Assembly: GCA_964016885.1 (NCBI GenBank)
Contig: OZ024750.1
Span: 43,152,001-43,216,000 of the forward strand
Source: Eledone cirrhosa
Lineage: Eukaryota
DNA: 64,000 bases
Direction: 5' to 3'
A program made the position numbers and the translations under genes. Each line of letters begins with the position of its first letter. Positions within the stretch are counted from its first letter, which is position 1. This document shows, one piece after another, positions 59,501 through 64,000 of this stretch. Under the pieces are notes generated by a model, which was not told the DNA's origin, searched no databases, and saw only the letters and a program-made list of their open reading frames with translations.

Positions 59501-62500
59501 ATACTTACACACTCTAACTCACATCAACACACACACATACTTACACACTCTAACTCACATCTACACACACACATACTTACACACTCTAACTCACATCAAC
59601 ACACACACATACTTACACACTTTAACACACATCAACACACACACACATACTTACACACTCTAACTCACATCTACACACACACATACTTACACACTCTAAC
59701 TCACATCAACACGCACACATACTTACACACTCTAACTCACATCTACACACACACACATACTTACACACTCTAACTCACATCAACACACACACATACTTAC
59801 ACAGTCTAACTCACATCTACACACACACACATACTTACACACTCTAACTCACATCTACACACACACACATACTTACACACTCTAACTCACATCTACACAC
59901 ACACACATACTTACACACTCTAACTCACATCTACACACACACACATACTTACACACTCTAACTCACATCAACCCACACACATACTTACACACTTTAACAC
60001 ACTTCTACACACACACACATACTTGCACACTCTAACTCACATCTACACACACACATACTTACACACTCTAACTCACATCAACACACACACATACTTACAC
60101 ACTTTAACACACATCTACACACACACACATACTTACACACTCTAACACACATCTACACACACACACATACTTACACACTCTAACTCACATCTACACACAC
60201 ACATACTTACACACTCTAACTCACATCAACACACACACATACTTACACACTTTAACACACATCTACACACACACACATACTAACACACTCTAACACACAT
60301 CTACACACACACACATACTTACACACTCTAACTCACATCTACACACACGTACTTACACACTCTAACTCACATCTACACACACACATACTTACACACTCTA
60401 ACTCACATCAACACACACACATACTTACACACTCTAACTCACATCTACACACACACATACTTACACACTCTAACACACATCTACACACACACACATACTT
60501 ACACACTCTAACACACATCTACACACACACATACTTACACACTCTAACTCACATCTACACACACACATACTTACATACTCTAACTCACATCTACACACAC
60601 ACATACTTACACACTCTAACTCATATCAACACACACACATACTTACACACTTTAACACACATCTACACACACACACATACTTACACACTCTAACACACAT
60701 CTACACACATACTTACGCACTCTAACTCACATCTACACACACACATACTTACACACTCTAACTCACATCTACACACACACATACTTACACACTCTAACTC
60801 ACATCAACACACACACATACTTACACACTCTAACTCACATCTACACACACACATACTTACACACTCTAACACACATCTACACACACACACATACTTACAC
60901 ACTCTAACACACATCTACACACACACATACTTACACACTCTAACTCACATCTACACACACACACATACTTACACACTCTTACTCACATCTACACACACAC
61001 ATACTTACTTACACACTCTAACTCACATCTACACACACACATACTTACACACTCTAACTCCCATCAACAGACACACATACTTACACACTCTAACTCACAT
61101 CAACACACACACACATACTTACACACTCTAACTCACATCTACACACACACACATACTTACACACTCTAACTCACATCTACACACACGCACATACTTACAC
61201 ACTCTAACTCACATCAACACACACACATACTTACACACTCTAACTCACATCAACACACACACACATACTTACACACTCTAACTCACATCAACACACACAC
61301 ATACTTCCACACTTTAACACACATCTACACACACACAGATGCCTACACACTCTAACTCACATCTACACACACACATACTTACACACTCTAACTCACATCA
61401 ACACACACACATACTTACACACTTTAACACACATCTACACACACACACATACTTACACACTCTAACACACATCTACACACATACTTACGCACTCTAACTC
61501 ACATCTACACACACACATACTTACACACTCTAACTCACATCAACACACACACATACTTACACATTTTAACACACATCTACACACACACACATACTTACAC
61601 ACTCTAACACACATCTACACACACACATACTTACACACTCTAACTCACATCGACACACACACATACTTACACACTCTAACTCACATCAACACACACACAT
61701 ACTTACACACTTTAACACACATCTACACACACACACATACTTACACACTCTAACACACATCTACAGACACACACATACTTACACACTCTAACTCACATCA
61801 ACACACACACATACTTACACAATTTAACACACATCTACTGACACACACATACTTACACACTCTAACACACATCTACACACACACATACTTACACACTCTA
61901 ACTCACATCTACACACACGAACTTACACACTCTAACTCACATCTACACACACACATACTTACACACTCTAACTCACATCAACACACACACATACTTACAC
62001 ACTCTAACTCACATCAACACACACACATACTTACACACTCTAACTCACATCAACACACACACATACTTACACACTCTAACTCACATCAACACACACACAT
62101 ACTTACACACTCTAACTCACATCTACACACACACACATACTTACACACTCTAACTCACATCTACACACACACACATACTTACACACTCTAACTCACATCT
62201 ACACACACACATACTTACACACTCTAACTCACATCAACACACACACATACTTACACACTTTAACACACATCTACACACACACACATACTTACACACTCTA
62301 ACTCACATCTACACACACACATACTTACACACTCTAACTCACATCAACACACACACATACTTACACACTCTAACTCACATCTACAGACACACATACTTAC
62401 ACACTCTAACTCACATCTACACACACACACATACTTACACACTCTAACTCACATCAACACACACACATACTTACACACTTTAACACACATCAACACACAC

Positions 62501-64000
62501 ACACATACTTACACACTCTAACTCACATCTACACACACACATACTTACACACTCTAACTCACATCAACACGCACACATACTTACACACTCTAACTCACAT
62601 CTACACACACACACATACTTACACACTCTAACTCACATCAACACACACACATACTTACACAGTCTAACTCACATCTACACACACACACATACTTACACAC
62701 TCTAACTCACATCTACACACACACACATACTTACACACTCTAACTCACATCTACACACACACACATACTTACACACTCTAACTCACATCTACACACACAC
62801 ACATACTTACACACTCTAACTCACATCAACCCACACACATACTTACACACTTTAACACACATCTACACACACACACATACTTGCACACTCTAACTCACAT
62901 CTACACACACACATACTTACACACTCTAACTCACATCAACACACACACATACTTACACACTTTAACACACATCTACACACACACACATACTTACACACTC
63001 TAACACACATCTACACACACACACATACTTACACACTCTAACTCACATCTACACACACACATACTTACACACTCTAACTCACATCAACACACACACATAC
63101 TTACACACTTTAACACACATCTACACACACACACATACTAACACACTCTAACACACATCTACACACACACACATACTTACACACTCTAACTCACATCTAC
63201 ACACACGTACTTACACACTCTAACTCACATCTACACACACACATACTTACACACTCTAACTCACATCAACACACACACATACTTACACACTCTAACTCAC
63301 ATCTACACACACACATACTTACACACTCTAACACACATCTACACACACACACATACTTACACACTCTAACGCACATCTACACACACACATACTTACACAC
63401 TCTAACTCACATCTACACACACACACATACTTACACACTCTTACTCACATCTACACACACACATACTTACTTACACACTCTAACTCACATCTACACACAC
63501 ACATACTTACACACTCTAACTCACATCAACAGACACACATACTTACACACTCTAACTCACATCAACACACACACACATACTTACACACTCTAACTCACAT
63601 CTACACACACACACATACTTACACACTCTAACTCACATCTACACACACGCACATACTTACACACTCTAACTCACATCAACACACACACATACTTACACAC
63701 TCTAACTCACATCAACACACACACACATACTTACACACTCTAACTCACATCAACACACACACATACTTACACACTTTAACACACATCTACACACACACAG
63801 ATGCCTACACACTCTAACTCACATCTACACACACACATACTTACACACTCTAACTCACATCAACACACACACATACTTACACACTTTAACACACATCTAC
63901 ACACACACACATACTTACACACTCTAACACACATCTACACACATACTTACGCACTCTAACTCACATCTACACACACACATACTTACACACTCTAACTCAC
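35570..64000. repeat. Satellite array of more than 28 kb, 36-bp monomer (about 32-40 bp), running off the window end
   Basis: Consensus CATACTTACACACTCTAACTCACATCTACACACACA with recurrent variants (TCAAC/TCTAC, CTTTAACAC); plus strand almost G-free. Confidence 0.98.

Noticed and set aside
35570-64000. True telomere array, or coding Cys/Val-rich ORFs at 39779 and 44360
   Set aside because: No CCCTAA tandem repeats; the ORFs are chance stop-free satellite frames.

Overview
Repeat-dominated eukaryotic (animal) DNA; the microsatellite load and SINE types suggest a coleoid cephalopod/octopus-like genome, which is inference only. No host gene is confidently identifiable. 1-9 kb: (TA)n/(CA)n/(TTTC)n/GA-rich microsatellites and SINEs. 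9.05-20.28 kb: two head-to-tail Tx1/L1-like non-LTR retrotransposons (CCHC ORF1; APE-RT ORF2) sitting in (TATC)n. Both share the same repeat lesion splitting ORF2. 20.3-35.4 kb: a dense cluster of short elements from several unrelated families that carry minimal type I hammerhead ribozyme motifs (Penelope-like pLTR/retrozyme-like). Most are inserted into (TA)n as asymmetric hairpins with mirrored private mutations and 8-nt stutters at the turnaround. The same interval holds tRNA-derived SINEs and a decayed Tc1/mariner (maT-like) transposon. 35.57-64 kb: a 36-bp CA-derived satellite with nested higher-order duplications (about 1.5, 4.6 and 6.9 kb). Most ORF-track entries are microsatellite artefacts.
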